NCBI GenBank assembly: GCA_963826115.1
Contig: CAWGVS010000005.1
Span: 1,952,001 to 2,016,000 of the forward strand
Origin: an uncultured Candidatus Rokubacteria bacterium
GTDB taxonomy: Bacteria > Methylomirabilota > Methylomirabilia > Rokubacteriales > DASRDR01
Direction of reading: 5' to 3'
DNA: 64,000 nucleotides
Below, piece by piece: positions 31,178 through 39,876 of the stretch (position 1 is the first letter of the stretch; the number at the start of each line of letters is the position of its first letter). Below the pieces are notes generated by a model, which saw only the letters and a list, made by a program, of their open reading frames with translations, was not told the DNA's origin and did not search any database. The position numbers and the translations under genes are program-made.

Positions 31178-31867
31178 GTGCTTGACGTCGAGGGCATCCA
31201 CACCTACTACGGCGAGAGCCACGTTCTCCACGGCGTGTCGCTGCGGGTCGCGGAGGGCGAGGCCGTGGCCCTCCTCGGGCGGAACGGCGCCGGCAAGACG
31301 ACGCTGATCCGCAGCGTCGTGGGCTTCACGCCGCCCCGGGACGGCCGGATCGTCCTGGACGGCCAGCCGGTCCAGCGCTGGCCGTCCCACCGGATCGCGC
31401 GGGCCGGGATCGCCCTCGTCCCGCAGGGCCGGCGCATCTTCGCCCCCCTCTCGGTGCGCGAGAACCTCGTCCTCGCGGCCCGGCCCGGCGCCTTCACGCT
31501 GGAGCGCGTGCTCGACCTGTTCCCGCGCCTCCGAGAGCGCGAGTCGCAGTCGGGCGGCACGCTCTCCGGCGGCGAGCAGCAGATGCTGGCCGTCGGGCGC
31601 GCGCTCCTCACGAACGGACACATGCTCCTGCTCGACGAGCCCTCGGAGGGCCTCGCCCCGCTCGTCGTCCGGGAGATCGGCCGCATCGTCCAGCGCCTGA
31701 AGGGCGACCGCCTGTCCATCCTGCTGGTCGAGCAGAACTACCGGCTGGCGACCGAGATCGCGGATCGCGTCTACGTGATGAACAAGGGACAGATCGTGTG
31801 GGAGGGAACGCCGGCCTCGCTCGAGGCCAGCGAGGACGTCAAGCGCCGCTATCTGGGCGTGGCGTAG
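31178..31867 (+). CDS. livF: ABC ATP-binding protein
   Basis: GRNGAGKT, LSGGEQQM, LLLDEPSEG. Confidence 0.9.
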   Translation: MLDVEGIHTYYGESHVLHGVSLRVAEGEAVALLGRNGAGKTTLIRSVVGFTPPRDGRIVLDGQPVQRWPSHRIARAGIALVPQGRRIFAPLSVRENLVLAARPGAFTLERVLDLFPRLRERESQSGGTLSGGEQQMLAVGRALLTNGHMLLLDEPSEGLAPLVVREIGRIVQRLKGDRLSILLVEQNYRLATEIADRVYVMNKGQIVWEGTPASLEASEDVKRRYLGVA

Positions 31868-32153
31868 CGCCTTCCGCGGCGCCGCGCCGGCGCCGCCAGC
31901 CCAGGACCCCGCCGGCCGCGAGCGCGAGCGCCGTTCCCCCCGTGATGGCGAGCGCCAGCCAGAATGCGGGCTGCCCGTACCGGAACTCGACCACGTGGCG
32001 CCGGGGCCCGAGGGGAACGCCGCGGAGCGCGTGGTCGGCGCGGAGGATCGGCACCGGGCGGCCGTTGCCCCAGGCGCGCCACCTGCGATCGTAGGTGTGG
32101 CTCAGGATCAGGAAGGCCGGCTCGCCCACCGTCGTCTCGAGGCGCACGCGGTG
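31839..32153 (-). pseudogene. isolated C-terminal fragment of a YfhO-family membrane protein
   Basis: LILSHTYDRRWRA..NG..VPILRADHALRGVPL..RHVVEFRY plus one TM helix; no N-terminal body upstream. Confidence 0.6.
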
Positions 32154-32353
32154 AGGCGCAGGACGAAGGACGCCCGGTAGCTGCGCGCGCCGTAGGACTC
32201 CTCCGGCATGGGCCATGAGCGCGCCCAGAAGCGGCCCCGTCCGGAGTCGTCGCTCACGGGCTTTCAGTGTAGTGCGGTCCCGCGCGCCGCGGGTCGCGAG
32301 CATTCGCTCCTGCCGCGCTCCCCGGCCGACCCGGCGGGTATACTGTCCCCGGC

Positions 32354-34423
32354 ATGCGCTTCCGGGTCGGCTTCGACGTCGGCGGGACGTTCACCGACTT
32401 CGCGCTCCAGGCCGACGACGGCCGGCTCCTCACCGGGAAGCGCCTGACGACGCCCGACGATCCCGCGCGGGCGTGTCTCGAGGGGCTGCGCGAGCTCGTG
32501 GCGCGCGCCGGCCTCGGCTGGGCCGACCTCGCTCAGGCGGTGCACGGGACGACGCTCGGCTCGAACGTCGTGATCGAGCGGAAGGGCGGGCGCGTCGCCC
32601 TCCTCACCACCGAGGGCTTCCGCGACGTCCTCATCATCGGCCGGGAGAAGCGATACCAGCTCTACGACCTCTCCATCGAGAAGCCGGCGCCCCTGGTCCC
32701 GCGGTCGCGGATCCATGAGGTCCGCGAGCGCGTGGCCTTCGACGGCGAGGTGCTCGTCCCACTCGACGAGGCGGGGCTCCGCGCCACGGTCCGCGGGCTC
32801 GTTGGGGACGGGGTGGCGTCCGTCGCCATCTGTTTCCTCCACGCCTACGTCAACCCGGCGCACGAGCGGCGCGCCGCCGAGGTCGTCCGCGAGGAGGCGC
32901 CGGGAGTGGCCGTCAGTCTCTCCTCGGAGGTCTCCCCCGTCATCCGCGAGTACGAGCGCACCTCGACCACCGTCGTGAACGCCTACGTCATGACGGCGGT
33001 CCGTGATTACCTCGAGCGCCTCGAGGGGGCGCTCGGCTCCCTCGGCTACCGGGGCCGCCTCTTCGTCATGCAGTCCGGCGGCGGCATCGCCACCGGCGAG
33101 ACGATGGCCAGGTTCCCCGTGCGGATGATCGAGTCGGGGCCGGCCGCCGGCGCCCTCATGGCCGCGGCGTACGGGAAGCTCACGGGGCATCCGGACCTGG
33201 TCGCCTTCGACATGGGCGGGACGACCGCGAAGCTCTCCCTCATCGCGGGCGGCACGCCCCAGACCGTCCGCGAGTTCGAGCTGCACCGGATCCGCCTCCA
33301 GCCCGGCAGCGGGATCCCGATGAACATCCAGGCGATCGACCTGGTGGAGATCGGCGCCGGCGGCGGCTCGATCGCGCGGGCCGAGACCGGCGTGATCCGC
33401 GTCGGCCCCGACTCGGCCAGCGCGGCGCCCGGCCCCATCTGCTACCGTCGCGGCGGCACCGAGCCGACCGTCACCGACGCCAATCTCGTTCTCGGCTACC
33501 TCAACCCCGACTACTTCCTCGGCGGGCGCATGCGCCTCGACGTCGAGGGGGCGCGGCGGGGTATCGAGACGCGCGTCGCCCGGCCTCTCGGGCTCGACGT
33601 CGCGGAAGCGGCGTGGGGGATCCACCAGGTCGTGACGACGAACATGGAGCTGGCCACCCGGGTCGTGTCGATCGAGCGCGGGTACGATCCCCGGCGGCTC
33701 GCGCTCGCCGCGTTCGGCGGATCGGGGCCCGTCCACGGCTGCCGCCTCGCCCAGGCGCTCGGCATCCCCCGCGCGATCCTGCCGGCGGCGGCGGGAGTCA
33801 CCTCGGCCATCGGGCTCCTCGTCGCCGAGGTGCGGTTCGACCTCTCACGCTCGTACGTGCGGCGCCTCGACGCGCTGGACCCGGCGTACCTCACCCGGAT
33901 CCTCGACGAGATGACCGCGCAGGGCACAGCCGTCGTCCGCGAGGCGGGTGTCGCCGGCACCCTCTCGGTGGCGCGGGCCGCCGACATGCGCTACGTGGGT
34001 CAGGGCTACGAGCTGTCGGTCCCACTCCCCGACGGGCCGATCGACGGGCGCACGGCGGCCGCCCTGCGGGCCGCCTTCGACCGCGTCTACGCCCACCGCT
34101 ACGGCTACTCGGACGCGAAGGCGGCGGTCGAGCTGGTGACGGTCGCGCTGACCGTCACCGGCGCCGGCCCCGACGTGCGGCTCCCCGAGCAGGCGCCGGG
34201 TCCCCGCGACGTCGCCGAGGCCCGGAAGCCGGACCGGCGCGTCTACTTCCCGGAGGCCCGCGGCTACGTCCCGTGCGCGGTGTACGACCGGGCGCGCCTG
34301 CCGGTGGGCGCGACCATCGCAGGCCCGGCGATCGTCGAGGAGCCCGAGTCCACCACCGTCCTGCCGCCGGGCGCGACCGCCGAGATCGACGCGTGGGCCA
34401 ACCTCCTGGCGAGCTTCGCGTGA
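32354..34423 (+). CDS. hydantoinase/oxoprolinase subunit A
   Basis: DVGGTFTD, HGTT, ESGPAAG, DMGGTT, GAGGGS. Confidence 0.92.
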   Translation: MRFRVGFDVGGTFTDFALQADDGRLLTGKRLTTPDDPARACLEGLRELVARAGLGWADLAQAVHGTTLGSNVVIERKGGRVALLTTEGFRDVLIIGREKRYQLYDLSIEKPAPLVPRSRIHEVRERVAFDGEVLVPLDEAGLRATVRGLVGDGVASVAICFLHAYVNPAHERRAAEVVREEAPGVAVSLSSEVSPVIREYERTSTTVVNAYVMTAVRDYLERLEGALGSLGYRGRLFVMQSGGGIATGETMARFPVRMIESGPAAGALMAAAYGKLTGHPDLVAFDMGGTTAKLSLIAGGTPQTVREFELHRIRLQPGSGIPMNIQAIDLVEIGAGGGSIARAETGVIRVGPDSASAAPGPICYRRGGTEPTVTDANLVLGYLNPDYFLGGRMRLDVEGARRGIETRVARPLGLDVAEAAWGIHQVVTTNMELATRVVSIERGYDPRRLALAAFGGSGPVHGCRLAQALGIPRAILPAAAGVTSAIGLLVAEVRFDLSRSYVRRLDALDPAYLTRILDEMTAQGTAVVREAGVAGTLSVARAADMRYVGQGYELSVPLPDGPIDGRTAAALRAAFDRVYAHRYGYSDAKAAVELVTVALTVTGAGPDVRLPEQAPGPRDVAEARKPDRRVYFPEARGYVPCAVYDRARLPVGATIAGPAIVEEPESTTVLPPGATAEIDAWANLLASFA

Positions 34424-36192
34424 GTCCCGTCGATCCGATCACCCTCAGCGTGATCTGGGGGTCGCTCCAGTCGATGACGGTGGAGGTCGGCACCACCGTG
34501 CACCGGACGGCGCACTCCCAGCAGGCGCGCGAGGGGCAGGACTTCTCCGTCTGCCTGTTCGACCCCGCGGGCCGGATGGTCGCCCAGGGCCCATACAGCC
34601 CGGGACACATGGGGGCGATGTCGTTCGCCGCCAGGAACGCCGTCGACGCGTTCCCGGGGAACCGGCTCCGGCCGGGCGACGTCGTGCTCTTCAACAGCCC
34701 GTTCCTCGGCTCGGGACACTTCCCCGATTTCTTCATGATCCAGCCCGCCTTCACCGACGACGGCCGGCTGATCGGCTTCGCCGCGAACATCCTCCACCAC
34801 ACCGACGTGGGCGGGATGCGGCCGGGAAGTCAGGCGGTCGAGGGGGTATTCGACTACTTCCAGGAGGGCCTGCACGTCCCGCCCGTGAAGCCCTGGAAGG
34901 CCGGCGAGGAGCAGGAGGACCTCCTCGCCATCATCCTGGCGAACACGCGCATGGCGGAGTCGATGCTCGGCGACCTGCGGGCCCAGCGGAACTCGCTCCG
35001 GGTGGGCGAGCTCCGCCTGATCGAGCTGGCGCGCCGCTACGGCTACGAGACGGTCCAGGCGGCGATGAGCGAGATCATGGACCGGACCGAGGCCACGGTG
35101 CGCGAGGCGATCCGGACGATCCCGAACGGCGTCTACGCGTTCGAGGACCACATGGACGACTCGGGGCCGAACACGCCGCCGATGCGCCTCGTCGTGACGG
35201 TCACCGTCCGCGACGACGACATCCTCATCGACTTCGAGGGCACCGGCCCCCAGACCGAGTCGGGGATGAACTCGTACGTCAACTACACGCGGTCGTACTG
35301 CTACGCGGCGGTGAAGTGCCTCACCGACCCCTTCGGCCCGCAGAACGACGGCGCGTTCCGGCCCGTGCGGATCGAGGCGCCGCTCGGCTCGTTCCTCAAC
35401 CCCCGGCCGCCCGCGGGCGGCGGCCCGCGAGCCGTCTTCTGCTACCGGATCTTCGACGCGGTGATCGGGGCGCTCGCGCCCGCCCTGCCGGGCCGGGTCA
35501 CCGCGGCCGGCTCGCACTTCGCGAACCCGACCTGCGGCGGCTTCGACCCGCGCCGGAACCGCCGGACCGTCGTGTACGAGCTGATCCTCTCCGGCACGGC
35601 GGCCCGGGCCGACCGGGACGGCTGCGAGGCGATGTCGATGGCGTTCAACGCCTCGAACATCCCGGTCGAGGCCCAGGAGGCGAACCAGCCCGTCCTCATC
35701 GAGCGGTTCGAGCTCATCCGGGACTCCGCGGGCGCGGGACGCTACCGCGGCGGGACGGGCATCCGGCGGGACCTGCGCTTCTTCCTCGAGGGCGGGCGGC
35801 TCACGAACAACACCGAGCGGCACCGCTTCGGGCCGTGGGGCCTGTTCGGCGGGCAACCCGGCCGGCCCGGGGTCACGCTCGTCAACCCCGGCACACCGGG
35901 CGAGCGCCGCGTTCACTCCAAGGCCTCCGACACGGTCGAGCCCGGCGACGTCGTTTCCTTCCGGCAGTCGGGCGCCGGGGGTTACGGCCCGCCCTGGGAG
36001 CGCGACCCGCAGGCGGTCCTCCACGACGTCCTGGAGGACTACGTCTCGATCGAGGGCGCGCGCCGCGACTACGGCGTCGTGATCGACCCCGCGACCCTCA
36101 CCGTCGACCAGCCGGCCACCGCCACGGTGCGCGCCGCGATGCGGCGCCCCGATCCTCTCCCCGTCGTGACCCGTCTCGGGCCGCTCTGGTGA
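34420..36192 (+). CDS. hydantoinase B/oxoprolinase subunit
   Basis: DPITLSV, HHTDVGG, FQEGL, DSAGAGRYRGG, GAGGYG. Confidence 0.92.
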   Translation: MSPVDPITLSVIWGSLQSMTVEVGTTVHRTAHSQQAREGQDFSVCLFDPAGRMVAQGPYSPGHMGAMSFAARNAVDAFPGNRLRPGDVVLFNSPFLGSGHFPDFFMIQPAFTDDGRLIGFAANILHHTDVGGMRPGSQAVEGVFDYFQEGLHVPPVKPWKAGEEQEDLLAIILANTRMAESMLGDLRAQRNSLRVGELRLIELARRYGYETVQAAMSEIMDRTEATVREAIRTIPNGVYAFEDHMDDSGPNTPPMRLVVTVTVRDDDILIDFEGTGPQTESGMNSYVNYTRSYCYAAVKCLTDPFGPQNDGAFRPVRIEAPLGSFLNPRPPAGGGPRAVFCYRIFDAVIGALAPALPGRVTAAGSHFANPTCGGFDPRRNRRTVVYELILSGTAARADRDGCEAMSMAFNASNIPVEAQEANQPVLIERFELIRDSAGAGRYRGGTGIRRDLRFFLEGGRLTNNTERHRFGPWGLFGGQPGRPGVTLVNPGTPGERRVHSKASDTVEPGDVVSFRQSGAGGYGPPWERDPQAVLHDVLEDYVSIEGARRDYGVVIDPATLTVDQPATATVRAAMRRPDPLPVVTRLGPLW

Positions 36193-36260
36193 GCCGGAGT
36201 GGCGGGAGCCGAGGCGCGCGTGGTTCAATGAGTGGTGGCCTCACTTCCTGGAGGTGCGCC

Positions 36261-36644
36261 ATGCGTCGGTCGACGAGAACGCTCCGGACACCGGCCATCG
36301 CCGGTGTGTGGCTCGCACTGGCCCTCACGCTCGCCCTCGGCACCGCGGCGCTCGCCCACCATGGGTGGAGCGGCTACGACGCCAGCAAGCCCCTGAATCT
36401 CACCGGCACGATCCGCGAGGCGGGCTACGAGCATCCCCACGGCTTCGTGAAGCTCGAGGTCGCCGACAAGGTCTGGGTGGTCACGCTCGCGCCGCCCTCG
36501 CGCATGGAGAACCGCGGGCTCCAGTCGGCCGCGCTGAAGCCCGGTACCAAGGCCACGGTCATGGGGTACCCGAACCGCACGGACCCCGGCGAGATGCGCG
36601 CGGAGTGGATCCAGATCGACGGCAAGACCACCCAGCTCCGGTAG
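36261..36644 (+). CDS. DUF6152-like exported protein
   Basis: Signal peptide, AHHGWSGYD, HPH. Confidence 0.75.
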   Translation: MRRSTRTLRTPAIAGVWLALALTLALGTAALAHHGWSGYDASKPLNLTGTIREAGYEHPHGFVKLEVADKVWVVTLAPPSRMENRGLQSAALKPGTKATVMGYPNRTDPGEMRAEWIQIDGKTTQLR

Positions 36645-36672
36645 CGCCGACACCGAGAGACGGCACGCGCTA

Positions 36673-37167
36673 GTGCACCCGCCCGTCGGCCCGGCCTGGC
36701 TGGTCGCGCTCGAGACCAGCGGCTTCGCCCAGGCCATGCGGCACTGGCTCTGGCTCTACCCGTTCGTCGAGATCACGCACATCCTGGGCTTCGTCCTGCT
36801 CGTCGGCGCGGCGGTGATGTTCGACCTGCGACTCCTCGGGGTCTCGGCGCGCATCCCGGTGTCGGACCTGGCGCGCCATCTCCTGCCGTGGTCCCGGATC
36901 GGGCTCGCGTTCGTGGCGGCCTCCGGCCTGGCGATGTTCTCGGCCCACGCCACCGAGTGGATCGAGAACCCGGCGTTCTGGGTCAAGCTCTCGCTGATCG
37001 TGCTGGCGGGGCTCAACGCCTGGGCGTTCCACCGGTGGACGTTCCGCTCGGTGGCGACCTGGGACCGGAACGTCGGGACGCCGGCCGGCGCGCGCGTCTC
37101 GGCCGTCGCGTCGCTCGCGCTCTGGGCAGGCGTCGTCACCTGCGGGCGCCTGCTCGCCTACCTGTAG
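36673..37167 (+). CDS. DUF6644-like membrane protein
   Basis: YPFVEITH, DLRLLG, NPAFWVK, CGRLLAY. Confidence 0.75.
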   Translation: MHPPVGPAWLVALETSGFAQAMRHWLWLYPFVEITHILGFVLLVGAAVMFDLRLLGVSARIPVSDLARHLLPWSRIGLAFVAASGLAMFSAHATEWIENPAFWVKLSLIVLAGLNAWAFHRWTFRSVATWDRNVGTPAGARVSAVASLALWAGVVTCGRLLAYL

Positions 37168-37186
37168 CGCCAGTCCGGCCCTCCGC

Positions 37187-38074
37187 GTGTCCCGTGCCGA
37201 GTTGGTGCTCCTCGCCGCGAACGTCGTCTACGGGACCTCCTACGTGGCGATGCAGCCCGCGCTCGGGTCGGTCGGACCCGTCACCCTCGCCCTCCTGCGA
37301 CTGGCCATCGCGGTCGCCATCGTCGCGCCGATCGGATTCCGGGGGCCGGGGCCGAGGGCGCCCTCGGCCAGGGATCGGTGGGCGTTCTTCTGGATGGGCT
37401 TTCTGGGGTTCACGGTGGCGTTCGGGCTCGCCCACTGGGGGCTCGAGCGGTCGACGGCCACCAATGCGGCCCTCCTGATCGCCACCGAACCGATCGCATT
37501 GATCGCGCTCGCCCCGCTCGTCCTCGGCGAGCGCCTGTCGCGACGCGAGGGCTGGGGCACCGGTCTCGCCATGCTCGGCGCGACCTTCATCGTGGTCAAC
37601 GGCATCCCCGGCGTGACCATCGCGATCGCGCCCCACTGGCGCGGGGACCTCCTCCTGCTGCTCTCCGGGATCTGCTTCGCGTCGTACTCCCTGCTCGGAC
37701 GCCCGGTCCTGGCGCGACATCCGGGCGTCAGGGTGACGGCGTGGTCCTTCGTGTGGGGGCTCGTGACGACGGCGCCGCTCGCCGCGCTCGAGTGGCGGCT
37801 CGGCGAGCGGTCCGGGTGGACGGCGACGAGCCTGGCGGCGGTCCTCTACCTCGGCGTGGTGATCACGGGGCTCGGGTACCTCGTGTGGAACTGGGCGCTC
37901 GAGCGGGTGTCCGCGGCGCGAGCCGCGATCTACCTGAACGTCCAGCCGCTGGTCGGCACGCTCCTCGGCGTCGTCTGGCTCGGCGAGCCCTTCTCGCCCT
38001 ACACGGCCGTCGGCGGAGGCCTGGTCATCGCCGGGCTCTCCCTCGCGCTGACCGGGCGGCCGGCGGCGCGCTGA
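37187..38074 (+). CDS. EamA/DMT family transporter
   Basis: Two EamA repeats, about 10 TM helices. Confidence 0.88.
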   Translation: MSRAELVLLAANVVYGTSYVAMQPALGSVGPVTLALLRLAIAVAIVAPIGFRGPGPRAPSARDRWAFFWMGFLGFTVAFGLAHWGLERSTATNAALLIATEPIALIALAPLVLGERLSRREGWGTGLAMLGATFIVVNGIPGVTIAIAPHWRGDLLLLLSGICFASYSLLGRPVLARHPGVRVTAWSFVWGLVTTAPLAALEWRLGERSGWTATSLAAVLYLGVVITGLGYLVWNWALERVSAARAAIYLNVQPLVGTLLGVVWLGEPFSPYTAVGGGLVIAGLSLALTGRPAAR

Positions 38075-38768
38075 CGGCGGCGGCCCCGAGCCGGCGCCGC
38101 GCCTCGGCGAAGACCGCCTCGAACATCGGCCACGTCAGCTTCCCCGTCTGGGTGTTCTGGCGGCTCGGGTGATAGGTCCCCAGGAGCGCGACGCCCCAGG
38201 GAAGCTCGACGGCCGTCCCGTGGGCGAAACGCGGACGCGGCCGCGGGACCGGCAGCCCGACGGCGCCGGCCGCCGAGAGGTACGCGTCGAAGCCGATGCG
38301 GCCGAGGCCGACCACGACGCGGACTCTGCGGAGGCGAGCGAGCTCCTCGTGGAGATAGGGTGCGCACCGGGCGATCTCGGCGGGCGTGGGCCGATTGTCG
38401 GGCGGCACGCAGTGGAGCGCCGCGGTGATGTACGCCTCGACCAGCCGGTAGCCGTCGCCCCGGGCGTCGGACGTGGGCTGCGTCGCGAAGCCGTGCCCGT
38501 GGAGGGCCCGGGCGACCCACTCGCCGCTCCCTCCCGGCAGGTCACCGGTGAACATCCGGCCCGTGCGGTTCCCGCCGTGAGCGGCCGGGGCGAGACCCAC
38601 CAGCAGGAGTCGCGCGGAGGCATCGCCGAGGCTCGGCACCGGGCGCGCCCAGTACGTCTCGCCGCGATGCCGCCGGGGCGGATCCGCGGCGACCGCCTCC
38701 CGGAAGCGCGCGAGCCTCGGACAGCGCCGGCACTGGACGATCCGCGCCTGCAGGTCCCGCAGCCCCAT
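38025..38768 (-). CDS. udgB: uracil-DNA glycosylase, family 5
   Basis: CRRCPRL, GLAPAAHGGNRTGRMFTGD, YHPSRQNT. Confidence 0.88.
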   Translation of the reverse strand: MGLRDLQARIVQCRRCPRLARFREAVAADPPRRHRGETYWARPVPSLGDASARLLLVGLAPAAHGGNRTGRMFTGDLPGGSGEWVARALHGHGFATQPTSDARGDGYRLVEAYITAALHCVPPDNRPTPAEIARCAPYLHEELARLRRVRVVVGLGRIGFDAYLSAAGAVGLPVPRPRPRFAHGTAVELPWGVALLGTYHPSRQNTQTGKLTWPMFEAVFAEARRRLGAAAVSAPPAARSARGRARR

Positions 38769-38776
38769 CGGGCGCC

Positions 38777-38786
38777 ATGATAGACT
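38777..38786. promoter_or_regulatory. overlapping divergent -10 elements
   Basis: TATCAT on minus, 8 nt before udg ATG; TGaTAGACT on plus. Confidence 0.4.
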
Positions 38787-38910
38787 GCGCGGCGTCCGCT
38801 CGCCCCCGGCCTCGTGCGCGCGGCGACGCGGACCACTCGATGCCGAGCACGCTCGACCGCATCCTCCGTCTCCGACCCGCGCCGGATCGTCGACCCGGCC
38901 GGAGGTCCTG

Positions 38911-39798
38911 ATGGTCCCGGCCCTCATCGCGCACGGCGGGGCCGGCGCCGATCCCGACGACAAGCCCACGTACCGGACCGCCCTCGGAGACGCGCTCCGG
39001 CGAGGCTGGGCGATCCTCCGCCGCGGCGGCTCCGCGCTCGACGCGGTCGAGGCGACCATCCAGGCGATGGAGGACCACCCGCGCTTCAACGCCGGCCACG
39101 GCTCGGCCCTCACGGACCGAGGCACGGTGGAGTGCGACGCGTCCATCATGGAAGGAGACGCGCTCCAGGCCGGCGCGGTCGCCGCGGTCAGCGGAGTCCG
39201 GAACCCGATCGAGCTCGCGCGGCGGATCATGGAGGACGGCCGCCACATCTTCCTCGTGGGGGACGGCGCGCTCGCGTTCGCGCGCGAGCGGGGTGTGTCG
39301 CTCTGCTCGCCCGACGCCCTGGTGACCGAGCGCCAGCGCCGGCGCCTGGCCACACACCTCGCGGCGGGTGCCGAGGGCGCCGCTCGGTCGACGGCCGGCA
39401 CGGTCGGCGCCGTGGCGATCGACGTCCAGGGCCTGATCGTGGCCGGCACCTCGACCGGCGGCTACACCGGCAAGCGACCCGGACGCGTCGGAGACTCCGC
39501 CCTGATCGGCGCCGGCACGTACGCCGACAGCCGCCTGGGCGGCGTCTCGACCACGGGGCACGGCGAGGCGTTCATCCGCACGGTCCTCGCCAAGACCGCG
39601 CTCGACGTCCTGCGGGAGCTCGACGACCCGCAGCTGGCCGCGGACGTGTCGCTCGACATCGTCCGCGACGAGGGGCGCGGGAGCGGCGGCCTCATCGTGA
39701 TGGACTGGCGGGGCCGGTTCGCCTACGCGAACTCCACGGCCTTCATGCCCGTCGGCTGGTGCCAGGCAACCGCAGCGGAGCCGGTTCTCCCCTTCTAG
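38911..39798 (+). CDS. iaaA: isoaspartyl peptidase/L-asparaginase
   Basis: HGGAG, FNAG, GTVGAVA (catalytic Thr), GRVGDS, TGHGE. Confidence 0.9.
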   Translation: MVPALIAHGGAGADPDDKPTYRTALGDALRRGWAILRRGGSALDAVEATIQAMEDHPRFNAGHGSALTDRGTVECDASIMEGDALQAGAVAAVSGVRNPIELARRIMEDGRHIFLVGDGALAFARERGVSLCSPDALVTERQRRRLATHLAAGAEGAARSTAGTVGAVAIDVQGLIVAGTSTGGYTGKRPGRVGDSALIGAGTYADSRLGGVSTTGHGEAFIRTVLAKTALDVLRELDDPQLAADVSLDIVRDEGRGSGGLIVMDWRGRFAYANSTAFMPVGWCQATAAEPVLPF

Positions 39799-39876
39799 TC
39801 GCACCCGGGCCCCCGGAACCGATCGGCGCGCTCGAGTCCCGCCATGACCGAGTGAGCGCGGTGATACCGTAGGCTG

